A stretch of DNA of 64,000 nt from Gemmatimonadales bacterium. GTDB lineage: Bacteria > Gemmatimonadota > Gemmatimonadetes > Gemmatimonadales > GWC2-71-9. Below the pieces are notes generated by a model, which was not told the origin of the DNA, ran no database searches, and saw nothing but the letters and a program-made list of their open reading frames with translations. This document shows, piece after piece, positions 43,704 to 52,691 of this stretch (the stretch's first letter is position 1; each line of letters opens with the position of its first letter). The stretch is taken from positions 11,774 to 75,773 of the forward strand of contig DATJQI010000057.1 in the NCBI GenBank assembly GCA_035505915.1, given 5' to 3'. The position numbers and the translations under genes are program-made.

Positions 43704-44833
43704 ATCTCGCGGATGTTGATCCCGCGCTTCGCGAGCTCGTCCACGTACGGACCAAACGGCACCGCTTCGTCGGGCGTGTGCACGCCCGTGGCGGAGATCC
43801 GGCCGTCCACCTGCATCAACCCCGTGATCGAGAGCGAATAGCCGGTGGTCCGCATCATCGCGCTGATCCCGGTGGACTGGTCGTAATAGTCGATGAGCTC
43901 CCAGGCCGCGCGCTTCCCCGTCTTTCCCGTCACTTCCACCCGCAGCGCCACGAGGTCCTGGCCCTTGGGCTTGGTGAGCTTGGGGGACACGATGGAAATG
44001 AAAGCCTTCCGCGGGATGACGGCGGTGCCCTGAACCTTGACCGGCTGCAGATCGAGCAGGCCGAGCTCGCGGATGGGACGCATGATGGCCACGTGCCCCG
44101 GATACCGCAGCGTCTTGTACTCCATTTGCCGGATCTTCCCGGCGTAGCTCCACGGCATCCCGGAGATCCCGCCGCCGGTATGGAATGCCTCGAGACGGCC
44201 CACCGGCGCGGGGAAATCGATGGGCTCGAGCTCCGACAGCGCCTCCACCTGGGTCGGCCGGCCGTCGCGCAGCACCCAGGACGGCGTCGTGTAATAGTCG
44301 AGCGCGCCCTCGAGCGAGTAGACGATCTGATAGTTGAGGGGCGGCTCCGGGTGCTGGGGCAATCCGCCCACGAAGATCTTCACCGCGTCCGCGTCCCCGA
44401 CCCGCCGGATCCCCTCGGCCGCGAGGATGTTCACCATGCCCGGCGCGAGCCCGCAGTCCGGAATGATCGACAGCCCCTTCTTCTTCGCCTGGGCCGCGAG
44501 CTTCTTCTGCTGCATGACGATCTGGGTGTTGCCGCCCAGATCGGAGCCGTGGAGGCCCTGGGCGACGGCGGCCTTGGACACGATGAAGTTGAAGTAGTAC
44601 GGAAGGGCGCACATCACGGCGTCGTGTCCCTTCATCAGCTTGCGGAGACTCGCCACTCGCTCGACGTCCAGCCGCGCGACCTTCAGCCGTTTGCCGGCCC
44701 CCTTCTTGACGAAGGGAGGGATGCGGTCGGGATGGAGGTCGGCGAGGGTGACCCGCTCGACTCCGTCCTGACGGAGGAGATCGTACGCGCAGGCGGAGCC
44801 TTGGAGCCCGGCGCCCAGAACCAGCATTCTCAT
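43700..44833 (-). CDS. Saccharopine-dehydrogenase-family NAD(P) oxidoreductase
   Basis: MRMLVLGAGLQGSACAYDL Rossmann N-terminus, IPDCGLAPG, EAFHTGGG. Confidence 0.72.
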   Translation of the reverse strand: MRMLVLGAGLQGSACAYDLLRQDGVERVTLADLHPDRIPPFVKKGAGKRLKVARLDVERVASLRKLMKGHDAVMCALPYYFNFIVSKAAVAQGLHGSDLGGNTQIVMQQKKLAAQAKKKGLSIIPDCGLAPGMVNILAAEGIRRVGDADAVKIFVGGLPQHPEPPLNYQIVYSLEGALDYYTTPSWVLRDGRPTQVEALSELEPIDFPAPVGRLEAFHTGGGISGMPWSYAGKIRQMEYKTLRYPGHVAIMRPIRELGLLDLQPVKVQGTAVIPRKAFISIVSPKLTKPKGQDLVALRVEVTGKTGKRAAWELIDYYDQSTGISAMMRTTGYSLSITGLMQVDGRISATGVHTPDEAVPFGPYVDELAKRGINIREI

Positions 44834-44954
44834 CAGGAGTGATTCTCCGACCGAAGGTGTTCGATTCGAGGTGCGACGCGGCGGAAAGCTACCCTGGGGG
44901 TCGGGGAGCGGGAAGCGACGCGGAACTCCTTGCGCCGCATTAAATTCGCCCTTC

Positions 44955-45530
44955 ATGCCGACCGCCGATCTCACCCGCCAGCGACTGGTCCGCGCCGCGC
45001 TCGAGCTCTTCACCACCCAGGGATACCACGGCACCACCACCGGCCAGATCGCCCGGAAGGCGGGGGTGGCCGAAGGCACGATCTACAAGCACTTCGAGAG
45101 CAAGCAGCACCTCCTGAACGAGCTGTACCGGGGCGCCGCCCGCTGGGCGGCCCGCGCCGCCGAGGAGGCCGACGCCGCGCCCGGGCCGGTCCGCGAGCGC
45201 CTGCAGACCCTGGCCCAGCGCATCGTCACGGGGGCCGCCCAGGACCCCGCCGTCCTGCAGCTCTATTTCCTGGATCGGCCGGGGGCGCTGCTCGACGAAA
45301 AGTCCCGGGACGCGGGACGGGAATTCCACGCCGCGCTGGAGCGGCTCCTGGCCCGGGGAAAAGCCGACGGCGTGATCAGGCCGGGAGCGGCCGAGGTGTG
45401 GGCGGGGGTGTGGCTGGCGGTGATCCGCCAGGCGGTGGAGCGGGTGATCGCGCGGGACTGGGCTGAAAACTCTCCGGGAGTGCGGCAGTCAGTCGAGGGA
45501 GCCTGGTCCGCGGTCGCCGCGCGGTCGTAG
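44955..45530 (+). CDS. TetR/AcrR-family transcriptional regulator
   Basis: HTH LFTTQGYHGTTTGQIARKAGVAEGTIYKHF. Divergent from the saccharopine-dehydrogenase-like gene. Confidence 0.88.
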   Translation: MPTADLTRQRLVRAALELFTTQGYHGTTTGQIARKAGVAEGTIYKHFESKQHLLNELYRGAARWAARAAEEADAAPGPVRERLQTLAQRIVTGAAQDPAVLQLYFLDRPGALLDEKSRDAGREFHAALERLLARGKADGVIRPGAAEVWAGVWLAVIRQAVERVIARDWAENSPGVRQSVEGAWSAVAARS

Positions 45531-45576
45531 GCGGGGCCCCTGCACGACAAGCCAAACAGTCGTTCCGGGGCCCCGC
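45531..45576. terminator. Bidirectional hairpin between convergent genes
   Basis: GCGGGGCCCC (45531-45540) pairs perfectly with GGGGCCCCGC (45567-45576). An inner ACGAC/GTCGT pairing is also possible. It fills almost the whole 47-nt gap. Confidence 0.5.
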
Positions 45577-45577
45577 C

Positions 45578-46810
45578 TTACTCCCGCGCCGAGCCCCGCC
45601 GCAGTTCCAGCAGCGCGATCTCCGGCGGCACGAATACTCTGATCGGCACCCCCACGACCCCGATCCCCCGGCTCACGTACAGCTGGCTCGTCCCCCGCTG
45701 GAAGTGTCCCATCACGTACTTCGTGATCAGCCGCCCGGCCGACCATCCGACGACGGGGAGGTAGAACTGCCCACCGTGGATGTGCCCCGACAGGGTAAGC
45801 GGAATCCCGCGGGGCACCGCGCCATCCCAGGCGCCGGGGCGGTGCGCCATCAGGATCTTGAACGCCTCGGGCGGGGCGGCCTGATCCACCTCGCGGACTT
45901 CCGGAGCCTGCGGGTCGTCGAACCCCCAGTCGAGCGGATCGTCGAGACCCAGGATGGCCAGGGTCGCACCGTTCCGTTCGATCAGATGGCTGCCCCCGCG
46001 CACGAGAATCTGGCCCGCGTCCCGGACCCCCTTCTCCACCTCCGCGGCCCCCGTGTAGTGATCGTGGTTGCCCAGGCTCGTGATCACGCCCAGGGGTGCG
46101 TGGAGATCCCGGAACGCCCGCACATAGTCCGGAATGAACGTCGTCGAGATGTCGATCATGTCCCCGGTCTGCAGGATCAGATCGGGTCGAAGCCCGTTCG
46201 CCTGGGCGACCAGGCGCCGCATCTTCTCGAGCCGCATGTGGATGCCGGCGTGCACGTCGGACAGGTGGAGGATGCGCAGCCCCTCCAACCCGGGCGGCAG
46301 GTTGTCGAAGTACAGCGTGCGGCGCGTGATCTCGGGAAGCCGCGCCCCCTCCCAGAGTCCGAACGCCGAGATGGCGAAGCCGGCACCCGCGTAGGCGTAC
46401 GTTCCGCGCGCCAGGAATTGCCGCCGCGACATGGACGCCGCGGGGCGCGGGGGGGCGGCGGCTTTGGTGCCGAGGAGCGCCCGCAGCCGGCCGAGGCCGC
46501 GCTTGGCCCACTTCACGAGGACATAGCCCGAGATGAGCGCGAGCAGGACCCAGGAGAGCATCTGCCAGGCCACCCACGGGCCGACGTACGGAATCCATCC
46601 GCGCGACCAGACCGACGCGAACAGCACGCGGCGGGCGACGAAGATCCAGGGCAGGTTGAAGAACGTGAAGAGCGCGATCAGACCGGCGCGCACCCAGCGG
46701 GCCTGACGCGGCCGGTCCGGGTCCGGCAGGCGGCCTCGCAGGTACACGTAGAGGAGCGCCTGGGGCGCCACGAACAGCAACAGGTAGATTAGGGCGATGC
46801 CGTCACGCAT
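45578..46810 (-). CDS. Membrane-anchored metallophosphoesterase
   Basis: ATG 46810 with AGGAG 10 nt upstream. Four TM helices, a Tat-like SRRQFLARG segment, then LSDVHAG, QTGDMID, GNHD, GHIHGG. Confidence 0.8.
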   Translation of the reverse strand: MRDGIALIYLLLFVAPQALLYVYLRGRLPDPDRPRQARWVRAGLIALFTFFNLPWIFVARRVLFASVWSRGWIPYVGPWVAWQMLSWVLLALISGYVLVKWAKRGLGRLRALLGTKAAAPPRPAASMSRRQFLARGTYAYAGAGFAISAFGLWEGARLPEITRRTLYFDNLPPGLEGLRILHLSDVHAGIHMRLEKMRRLVAQANGLRPDLILQTGDMIDISTTFIPDYVRAFRDLHAPLGVITSLGNHDHYTGAAEVEKGVRDAGQILVRGGSHLIERNGATLAILGLDDPLDWGFDDPQAPEVREVDQAAPPEAFKILMAHRPGAWDGAVPRGIPLTLSGHIHGGQFYLPVVGWSAGRLITKYVMGHFQRGTSQLYVSRGIGVVGVPIRVFVPPEIALLELRRGSARE

Positions 46811-48116
46811 CCTTGCGGGACTCCTGGTGGCCGCGGGCGTCGGGGCGGGTGCGCTCGAAAGCCAGCAGCTCACCACCACCGACCGCGCGCGCATGGTCGC
46901 GACGGTGTGGTCGGACGCCCGGTACAACTACGCGTTCTGGGACCGGGTCCGTGCCGACTGGGACTCCGCCCTGGACGCCAATCTCGCCGTCGCCACGTTC
47001 CGCCAATCCGACCTGGCGTTCTGGCGCCGGCTCCGCACCCTCGTCGCCCTTCTGAACGACGGCCAGGCCGCGGTCGTTCCCCCGCCGGCCGTGCGGGCCC
47101 GGTCGGCCCGGCCACCGGTTCGCCTGGTGGCGGTCGAAGGCCGGCCGTTCGTCCTGGCCTACGCGGAGAACGACGAGCTCCGGATCGCCCACCCCGAGCG
47201 GGGCGTCGAGATCGTCTCGGTCCAGGGGATTCCCGCCGCCCTCTGGATCCGCGATTCGATTCTCCCGGAAATCGCGGCCTCCAATCCCGCCACCCGTTGG
47301 GACCGCGCGGTGGAGGCGATGCTCGACGGCGAGCGCGGGACGCCCCTCCAGCTCGAGCTCAAGCTTCCGAGTGGCGCCACGCGCGGGGCGAGCCTCACCC
47401 GCACCGTCACCGGCATGGACCGCTGGCCGCTCGAGCCCCCCGCCCTCGTGATCGACTCGCTGCCGGGGGGCGTCTACATCGTGCGCCTCAACTCGTGCGC
47501 CGATCCCGGCGTCGCCGAGCGGTTCGACCGCGCTTTCCCGCGGTTCACCGGCGTTCACGGCCTGATCCTGGACCTCCGGGAGAACGAGGGCGCCGGCGGG
47601 GGACGGGAATCGGCGTACCGGATTCTCGCGCGCCTCGTGGCCCACCCGTTCGTCACGTCGCGCTGGCGCACACCCCAGTACCGCCCCGCCTATCGCGGGG
47701 CCGACATGCCGGACTCCGCGGGCGCGTGGTTCTCGGCCCCTCCGGACACCATCCAGCCGCGCGGGGACCTCCCGTCCTACGCGGGGCCGCTGGCGCTCCT
47801 GTCGTCCCCGCGCACCGCCGGAGCCGCGGTCGATCTCCTGGTGGCTTTCCGGAACGCGCAGCGCGGGCCGGTGGTGGGAGAGCCCTCCGCGGGCGGGACC
47901 GGACAGATCCTGACCCTGCCCCTCATCCGGGGCTGGAGCTTCCGGGTCACGGTGACGCGGGACGCCTTCCCGGACGGGACTGAGTTCGCCGCCTCCGGGA
48001 TCGCGCCGGAGATGGCGGTGACCGAAACGGTCGCGGAGTTTCAAGCCGGGAAGGATCCCGCGCTCGACCGCGCCGTCGCCTGGGTGCGCGAGCGGGCCGG
48101 AGCCGGGGGACCCTGA
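46797..48116 (+). CDS. S41-family peptidase-like secreted protein (catalytic Ser apparently substituted)
   Basis: Signal MPSRILAGLLVAAGVGAGA. The S41 N-terminal pattern (ARYNYAFWDRV...LNDGQ) and LILDLRENEGAGGG are present. The expected T-x-S-A-A-E motif reads TAGAAVD. Confidence 0.68.
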   Translation: MPSRILAGLLVAAGVGAGALESQQLTTTDRARMVATVWSDARYNYAFWDRVRADWDSALDANLAVATFRQSDLAFWRRLRTLVALLNDGQAAVVPPPAVRARSARPPVRLVAVEGRPFVLAYAENDELRIAHPERGVEIVSVQGIPAALWIRDSILPEIAASNPATRWDRAVEAMLDGERGTPLQLELKLPSGATRGASLTRTVTGMDRWPLEPPALVIDSLPGGVYIVRLNSCADPGVAERFDRAFPRFTGVHGLILDLRENEGAGGGRESAYRILARLVAHPFVTSRWRTPQYRPAYRGADMPDSAGAWFSAPPDTIQPRGDLPSYAGPLALLSSPRTAGAAVDLLVAFRNAQRGPVVGEPSAGGTGQILTLPLIRGWSFRVTVTRDAFPDGTEFAASGIAPEMAVTETVAEFQAGKDPALDRAVAWVRERAGAGGP

Positions 48117-48129
48117 GCGTCGGGCGCCG

Positions 48130-48900
48130 TCAGGCGCCGAGATGCGCGTGGAAGAATTGCACCACCGCGGTCCACGCGGTGTCCGCCACCGCCGGGATGT
48201 CCCGGGACCGCAGGAATCCGTGCCCCACGCCGGGATAGATCCGGTACTGGTAGGACTTGCCCAGCTGCTTCATCAGGGAGTCGGTGGCCGGCACGGAGAG
48301 TGAGATCCGCGCGTCGTTCTGGGCGTACACCCCCAGCCCCGGCGCGTGGATGCGGGCGAGCGCCGCCGAATCCGGCCCCGGACCGTAGCACACGACGAAG
48401 CCCTTGAGTCCAGCGTTGTTCGTGGCGTAGCGGAAGCTCTGTCCGCCGCCCCAGCAGAACCCGATGACCCCGATCCGGTCGGCCCGGACCGCGCGGATGC
48501 CCTTCAGATAGGCGTAGGTCGCGTCGAGGTCCTGCGTCAGGGTGTCCGGGTTCAACCCCCGGATCAGCTCCACCGCCTGGTTCTGGTCCGAAGGCGTGCC
48601 CCCGCGCCGGGAGAGCAGGTCCGGCGCGATGGCGACGAACCCGGCGCGCGCCAGCTGCGTCACCCGGTCCCGCACGAAGTCGGACATCCCGAAGATCTCG
48701 TGGATCACGATCACGCCCGGCGCCGCGTCGCTCCGCTCCGGATACGCGACGTAGGCGGTGATCGAGTCCTTCCCCGACCGGAACTTCACGTACTCGGCGT
48801 GGATGTCCGCGGGCGCGTGCCGCGAGAGCCGCCACGCCGACGCGCCCGTCACCAGCGTCAGCCCCGCCAGGAGACCGAGTGCCCGCCGCCTACTTGCCAT
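48130..48900 (-). CDS. Dienelactone hydrolase family protein
   Basis: Signal or anchor MASRRRALGLLAGLTLV. Nucleophile motif GFCWGG. His in GVGHGF. Confidence 0.85.
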   Translation of the reverse strand: MASRRRALGLLAGLTLVTGASAWRLSRHAPADIHAEYVKFRSGKDSITAYVAYPERSDAAPGVIVIHEIFGMSDFVRDRVTQLARAGFVAIAPDLLSRRGGTPSDQNQAVELIRGLNPDTLTQDLDATYAYLKGIRAVRADRIGVIGFCWGGGQSFRYATNNAGLKGFVVCYGPGPDSAALARIHAPGLGVYAQNDARISLSVPATDSLMKQLGKSYQYRIYPGVGHGFLRSRDIPAVADTAWTAVVQFFHAHLGA

Positions 48901-49996
48901 AGGTCACCCTCCAGATCCGTCCGCCCGAGTCGTCCGAGATGAGGAGCGAGCCGTCGGGCAGCACGAGAAGTCCCACGGGACGGCCCCAGCGGGAGCCGTC
49001 GGGAAGCTGCCACCCGGTCACGAAGTCCTGGCTCGACACCGGCCGCCCGTCGGCGACGCGCACGCGGATCACCTTGGCCCCGGTGGGGACCGAGCGGTTC
49101 CAGGACCCGTGGAAGGTCACGAAAGCGTCGCCCGCGAAGTCCGCCGGGAACTGGGAGCCGCGGTAGAACGCGAGCCCCAGGGGCGCCGAGTGGGCCTGAA
49201 AGGTCAGGGCGGGCGGCTCGACGTCGTCGCACTTGGCGTCGGGGTACTCCGGGTTGGGCTTCCCCGGCAGGTAGCAGCGCGGCCAGCCGTACCACTTCCC
49301 GTCCTTGATGATGTTGAGATGCTCGGGAGGCAGGTCGTCGCCGAGGTTGTCCCGGTCGTTGTTCACGCCCCAGAGCTCGCCGGTGGCGGGGTTGAACGCG
49401 ACGCCCACCGAATTGCGCAGTCCCGACGCGAACAGCCGGCCGCCGGTCCCGTCCAGCTGAAACTGCATCACGGCCGCGCGACGGTGATCCGCCTCGTCGC
49501 AGACGTTGCAGGTCGATCCGATCGACACGTAGATCCGCCGGTCGGGCCCGATGAGCACGGTGCGGGTGGTGTGGTTTCCGCCGCCCGGGAGGTCCGCCAG
49601 CTGGGTGCGCTTGCCGTCGGGGTCGATGCGGATCAGCGCGTCCTCGTCTCCCACGTACAGCGTGTCCCCGCGCCAGGCGAGGCCGAAGGGATGAAACAGG
49701 CCTTTGGCGTACGGCACCGCGGAGTCGGCCACCCCGTCGCCGTTGGCGTCGGGCAGGCGCACCACAGTCCCGCTCCGGGGGATCGAGGCGTAGACCACGT
49801 TGCCCGGACCCAGGGCGAGGTAGCGCACGCCGCCCAGGTGCTCCGCGAAGATGGAGATCGTGAACCCCGGCGGGACGTACAGGGTGTGCCCGGCGACCGG
49901 CACCGGCCGCATCCCGGCCTGCTGGCCCACGTCGGCCCGGGTATGGCAGGCGACGAGCGACGCCGCGAGGAGCGACGCGCGGCCGACGGGCCTCAG
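48890..49996 (-). CDS. PQQ-dependent sugar (glucose/sorbosone) dehydrogenase-like beta-propeller lipoprotein (probable CTG start; canonical alternatives GTG 49930, ATG 49912)
   Basis: LYVPPGF...PFGLAW...DGKWYGWP... is typical of soluble aldose/sorbosone dehydrogenases. The in-frame stretch 49996-49913 encodes (M)RPVGRASLLAASLVAC, a lipoprotein signal. The CTG forms a CTGA overlap with the upstream stop. Confidence 0.75.
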   Translation of the reverse strand: MRPVGRASLLAASLVACHTRADVGQQAGMRPVPVAGHTLYVPPGFTISIFAEHLGGVRYLALGPGNVVYASIPRSGTVVRLPDANGDGVADSAVPYAKGLFHPFGLAWRGDTLYVGDEDALIRIDPDGKRTQLADLPGGGNHTTRTVLIGPDRRIYVSIGSTCNVCDEADHRRAAVMQFQLDGTGGRLFASGLRNSVGVAFNPATGELWGVNNDRDNLGDDLPPEHLNIIKDGKWYGWPRCYLPGKPNPEYPDAKCDDVEPPALTFQAHSAPLGLAFYRGSQFPADFAGDAFVTFHGSWNRSVPTGAKVIRVRVADGRPVSSQDFVTGWQLPDGSRWGRPVGLLVLPDGSLLISDDSGGRIWRVTYGK

Positions 49997-51615
49997 GGCC
50001 GGGCGTCCACGGTGGCGGTGAGCAGGAACGCCCCGTCGGGATCGACGCGCATCGCGGTGGGCGTCCAGGGAACGTCCATCCGCACGTTCGTCGGGGGGCC
50101 GTCCACGTCGAAGGTGCGCCGCACCGTCTTGCCGTCGGGTCCCGTGAACTCCACCGGCACGCCGTTCAGGCGGAAGAGGCCCCAGGCGGAAGGCTGCGTC
50201 TCCTGCACGTCCGCGACCGCCTGGTGCTTGAAGGGCTCGTAGTGCCAGGTGACGGTGAGCTGGGGGTAGCCCGGCTGGCGCAGCCACTGCCGGAAGAACC
50301 AGTCGAGGTTCTTCCGGGCCTTCCGCTCCATCATCGTCTCGAACTGTGCCGAGAGCACGCTCGAGTCCCGGTACGTGGCGTAGTAGTCGCGGATGCCGCG
50401 GAAGAACGCCGAGTCTCCCACCTGACGTCGCAGCATGTGCAGCACCCAGGCGCCCTTCTGATAGCTGTTGGCGTTGAGAAGCCGCGCGGGGTCGGTCTCG
50501 GTGGAATCGATGATCGGGCGGTCGACCACCGGGGATTTCAGGTAGCTCGCGGCGTACGCGCGCATGCCCTGGCTGAGGATCGTGTCCCCGTGGAGCGCGG
50601 CGCCGGCGACCAGGTCGAAGTAGTCGGCGAACCCTTCCGACAGCCACAGGTGATGGAAGTCCCGCTCGGTGACGGCGTCACCGAACCACTGATGCGCGGT
50701 CTCGTGCCGCACCACGCCCTCCCGCATGGTGCGGTCGGCGTAGGGCGCCTCGGCGTAGAAGATCGCGGATGCGTTCTCCATGCCCCCGTACTTCGTGGCC
50801 GATTCGACGTGAGCCAGCTTCTCGTACGGGAACGGACCCACGATGCGGGTGAGGACGTCCACCACGGCCGAGACGTCGTGAAACGGGACCGAGTCGGCGA
50901 ACGCGGAATCGTCCGGCCAGGTCCAGACGTCGATGGGCACGGGGCTCGTGAACGTGCTGGCGGTCGGATGGGCGCTGCGCACCATCGGGCCGGCGGCGAT
51001 CACCATCGTGTAGGTCGGCACCGGGTGGCGCTCGCGCCAGGTCCAGCGGACGTGCCCGGCGTCGGCGGACGTCGTATCCAACAGCTGGCCGTTGGCCACC
51101 ACCCGCCAGGCCGCCGGCGCCGTCACCACGAAGTCCACCGCCGCCTTGTCGCCCGGGTCGTCGATGGTCGGCAGCCAGTGCCGGGCGCGCTCGGGCCAGT
51201 TGTCGGCGAAGAGTCCCGCGTGGCCGCGGCCGTCCGAGCCCGCCAGCAGGCCGTCCGTGGGCGCCCCGTGATAATAGACGGTGACACGGTTCAGCACGGT
51301 GCCGCTCACCGGATGGGGGCCGAGCGGGACGCGCAGGGCGCGTCCGTCGTACGCGAACTGATGCGAGGAATCGGGGTGCGCGGGGTTCACGACGGAATCC
51401 ACCGTCATCCCCACCAGATCAAGCGACAGGGTGTCCCCGGCGGCGGCCCCCCGCCGCATCGCGATCGTCGCCGCGCCCTGGATCGCCAACCCGCTGTCGG
51501 GGAGCGCCAGCTCGAAGTGATACAGGAAGACGTCGATGCCCGCCCGCTGGGCCGGCAAAGACGCCGCGGCGGCGAGCAGGAGTCCCAGCAGTGTCCGTCC
51601 CACCCTACCCGGCAT
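49993..51615 (-). CDS. M1-family zinc aminopeptidase
   Basis: Signal MPGRVGRTLLGLLLAAAASLPAQ. GMENAS, HETAHQWFGD and WLSEGFADY (HExxH plus E). Confidence 0.92.
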   Translation of the reverse strand: MPGRVGRTLLGLLLAAAASLPAQRAGIDVFLYHFELALPDSGLAIQGAATIAMRRGAAAGDTLSLDLVGMTVDSVVNPAHPDSSHQFAYDGRALRVPLGPHPVSGTVLNRVTVYYHGAPTDGLLAGSDGRGHAGLFADNWPERARHWLPTIDDPGDKAAVDFVVTAPAAWRVVANGQLLDTTSADAGHVRWTWRERHPVPTYTMVIAAGPMVRSAHPTASTFTSPVPIDVWTWPDDSAFADSVPFHDVSAVVDVLTRIVGPFPYEKLAHVESATKYGGMENASAIFYAEAPYADRTMREGVVRHETAHQWFGDAVTERDFHHLWLSEGFADYFDLVAGAALHGDTILSQGMRAYAASYLKSPVVDRPIIDSTETDPARLLNANSYQKGAWVLHMLRRQVGDSAFFRGIRDYYATYRDSSVLSAQFETMMERKARKNLDWFFRQWLRQPGYPQLTVTWHYEPFKHQAVADVQETQPSAWGLFRLNGVPVEFTGPDGKTVRRTFDVDGPPTNVRMDVPWTPTAMRVDPDGAFLLTATVDARP

Positions 51616-52690
51616 ACACGCCCCCCAAGGCCGTCTCCCCCGCCGGCATCACGTCCCGGCTCGCCGCTGCCAGCTCGGCCGCGCGCTCCACCTCCGCGGT
51701 GACCTCGGTCTCCACTTCCGCCAGCCCGGCCTCCAGCCACCCCTGCCCCAACAAGTACCCCTCGTACTGCCCGATGGGGTCCCGGCTCCCCCACTGCTCG
51801 AACAGCGCCGCGGGGAAGGTCTCCCGGGCCTCCCGCTCGTCGTGGGTGGCGTGGCCCCCCATCCGGAACGTTTCGGCCACGAGGAGGGCCGGGCCTTCAC
51901 CCCGCCGGCACCGGTCCGCCGCGAGGCGGGTGGCCGCGAAGGCGTCCAGCACGTTGTTGCCGTCGAAACCGGCCCCCGGAATGCCGTAGGAGTCGGCCCA
52001 GTCGGCGAACGACGCGGGCAAGTGGTGCTGGTCCATCCGGGTGCCGAGCGCCACCTGGTTGTTCTGGACGATCAGAATGGCGGGGAGCTTCTGGACGGCC
52101 GCGAAATTGGTCCCCTCGTGGGCGGCGCCGGTCTTGGTGGACCCGTCGCCGATCCAGGTGAGCGCCACCCGTGGTTCCCCCCGGAGCTTGAACGCGAGCG
52201 CGATCCCCGCGACGACGGGCACCACGTCCGCCACGTGGGAGATGGGCTGCAGCACTCCCCGGCCCCAATCCCCTACGTGGAGATCCCGGCCACCGCTGGG
52301 GGAGTCGGCGCTGCCGAGATAGGCGCGGAACATGTCGGGGAGCGGCACACCGAATTCGATACAGGCCGCGGCATTGCGGATCATGGGGGACACGACGTCC
52401 GAGCCGCGCCGCAGCGCGTGCACCGGTCCCACGGTCGTGGCTTCCTCGCCGGTCCCGAGCCAGGCCTTGGAGATCACGCCGGTGCGGACCCAGCGCTTCA
52501 GCTGGATGTCGTGGAGGCGGGCCCGGAGGAGTCCGGCGTAGAGTTCGCGGTGTTGATCCCGCGTCAGGCTCTGGACGATCTCCCGGCGTGCCGGATCGCG
52601 CTCGATCGTTTCCCGGTAGCTCCGGGCCAGGACCGGATCGGGACGCCAGGAGACGTATTCGGGGGGATCGAAGGCGGGAAAGCGGCGCAT
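51605..52690 (-). CDS. Thiamine-diphosphate-dependent 2-oxoacid dehydrogenase E1 alpha subunit (no adjacent beta subunit)
   Basis: TPP motif GDGSTKTGAAHEGTNFAAVQKLPAILIVQNNQ. FRMGGHATHD. Confidence 0.85.
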   Translation of the reverse strand: MRRFPAFDPPEYVSWRPDPVLARSYRETIERDPARREIVQSLTRDQHRELYAGLLRARLHDIQLKRWVRTGVISKAWLGTGEEATTVGPVHALRRGSDVVSPMIRNAAACIEFGVPLPDMFRAYLGSADSPSGGRDLHVGDWGRGVLQPISHVADVVPVVAGIALAFKLRGEPRVALTWIGDGSTKTGAAHEGTNFAAVQKLPAILIVQNNQVALGTRMDQHHLPASFADWADSYGIPGAGFDGNNVLDAFAATRLAADRCRRGEGPALLVAETFRMGGHATHDEREARETFPAALFEQWGSRDPIGQYEGYLLGQGWLEAGLAEVETEVTAEVERAAELAAASRDVMPAGETALGGVYAG

Positions 52691-52691
52691 C

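Noticed and set aside
44834-44954. A possible TetR operator in the divergent region: GGAG-N5-CTCC, CGAA-N4-TTCG, and a 9-bp direct repeat GCGACGCGG at 44873 and 44915.
   Set aside because: The palindromes have arms of only 4 bp, and GC-rich 9-mers recur easily at this base composition. This is not strong enough to call a site without comparative data.
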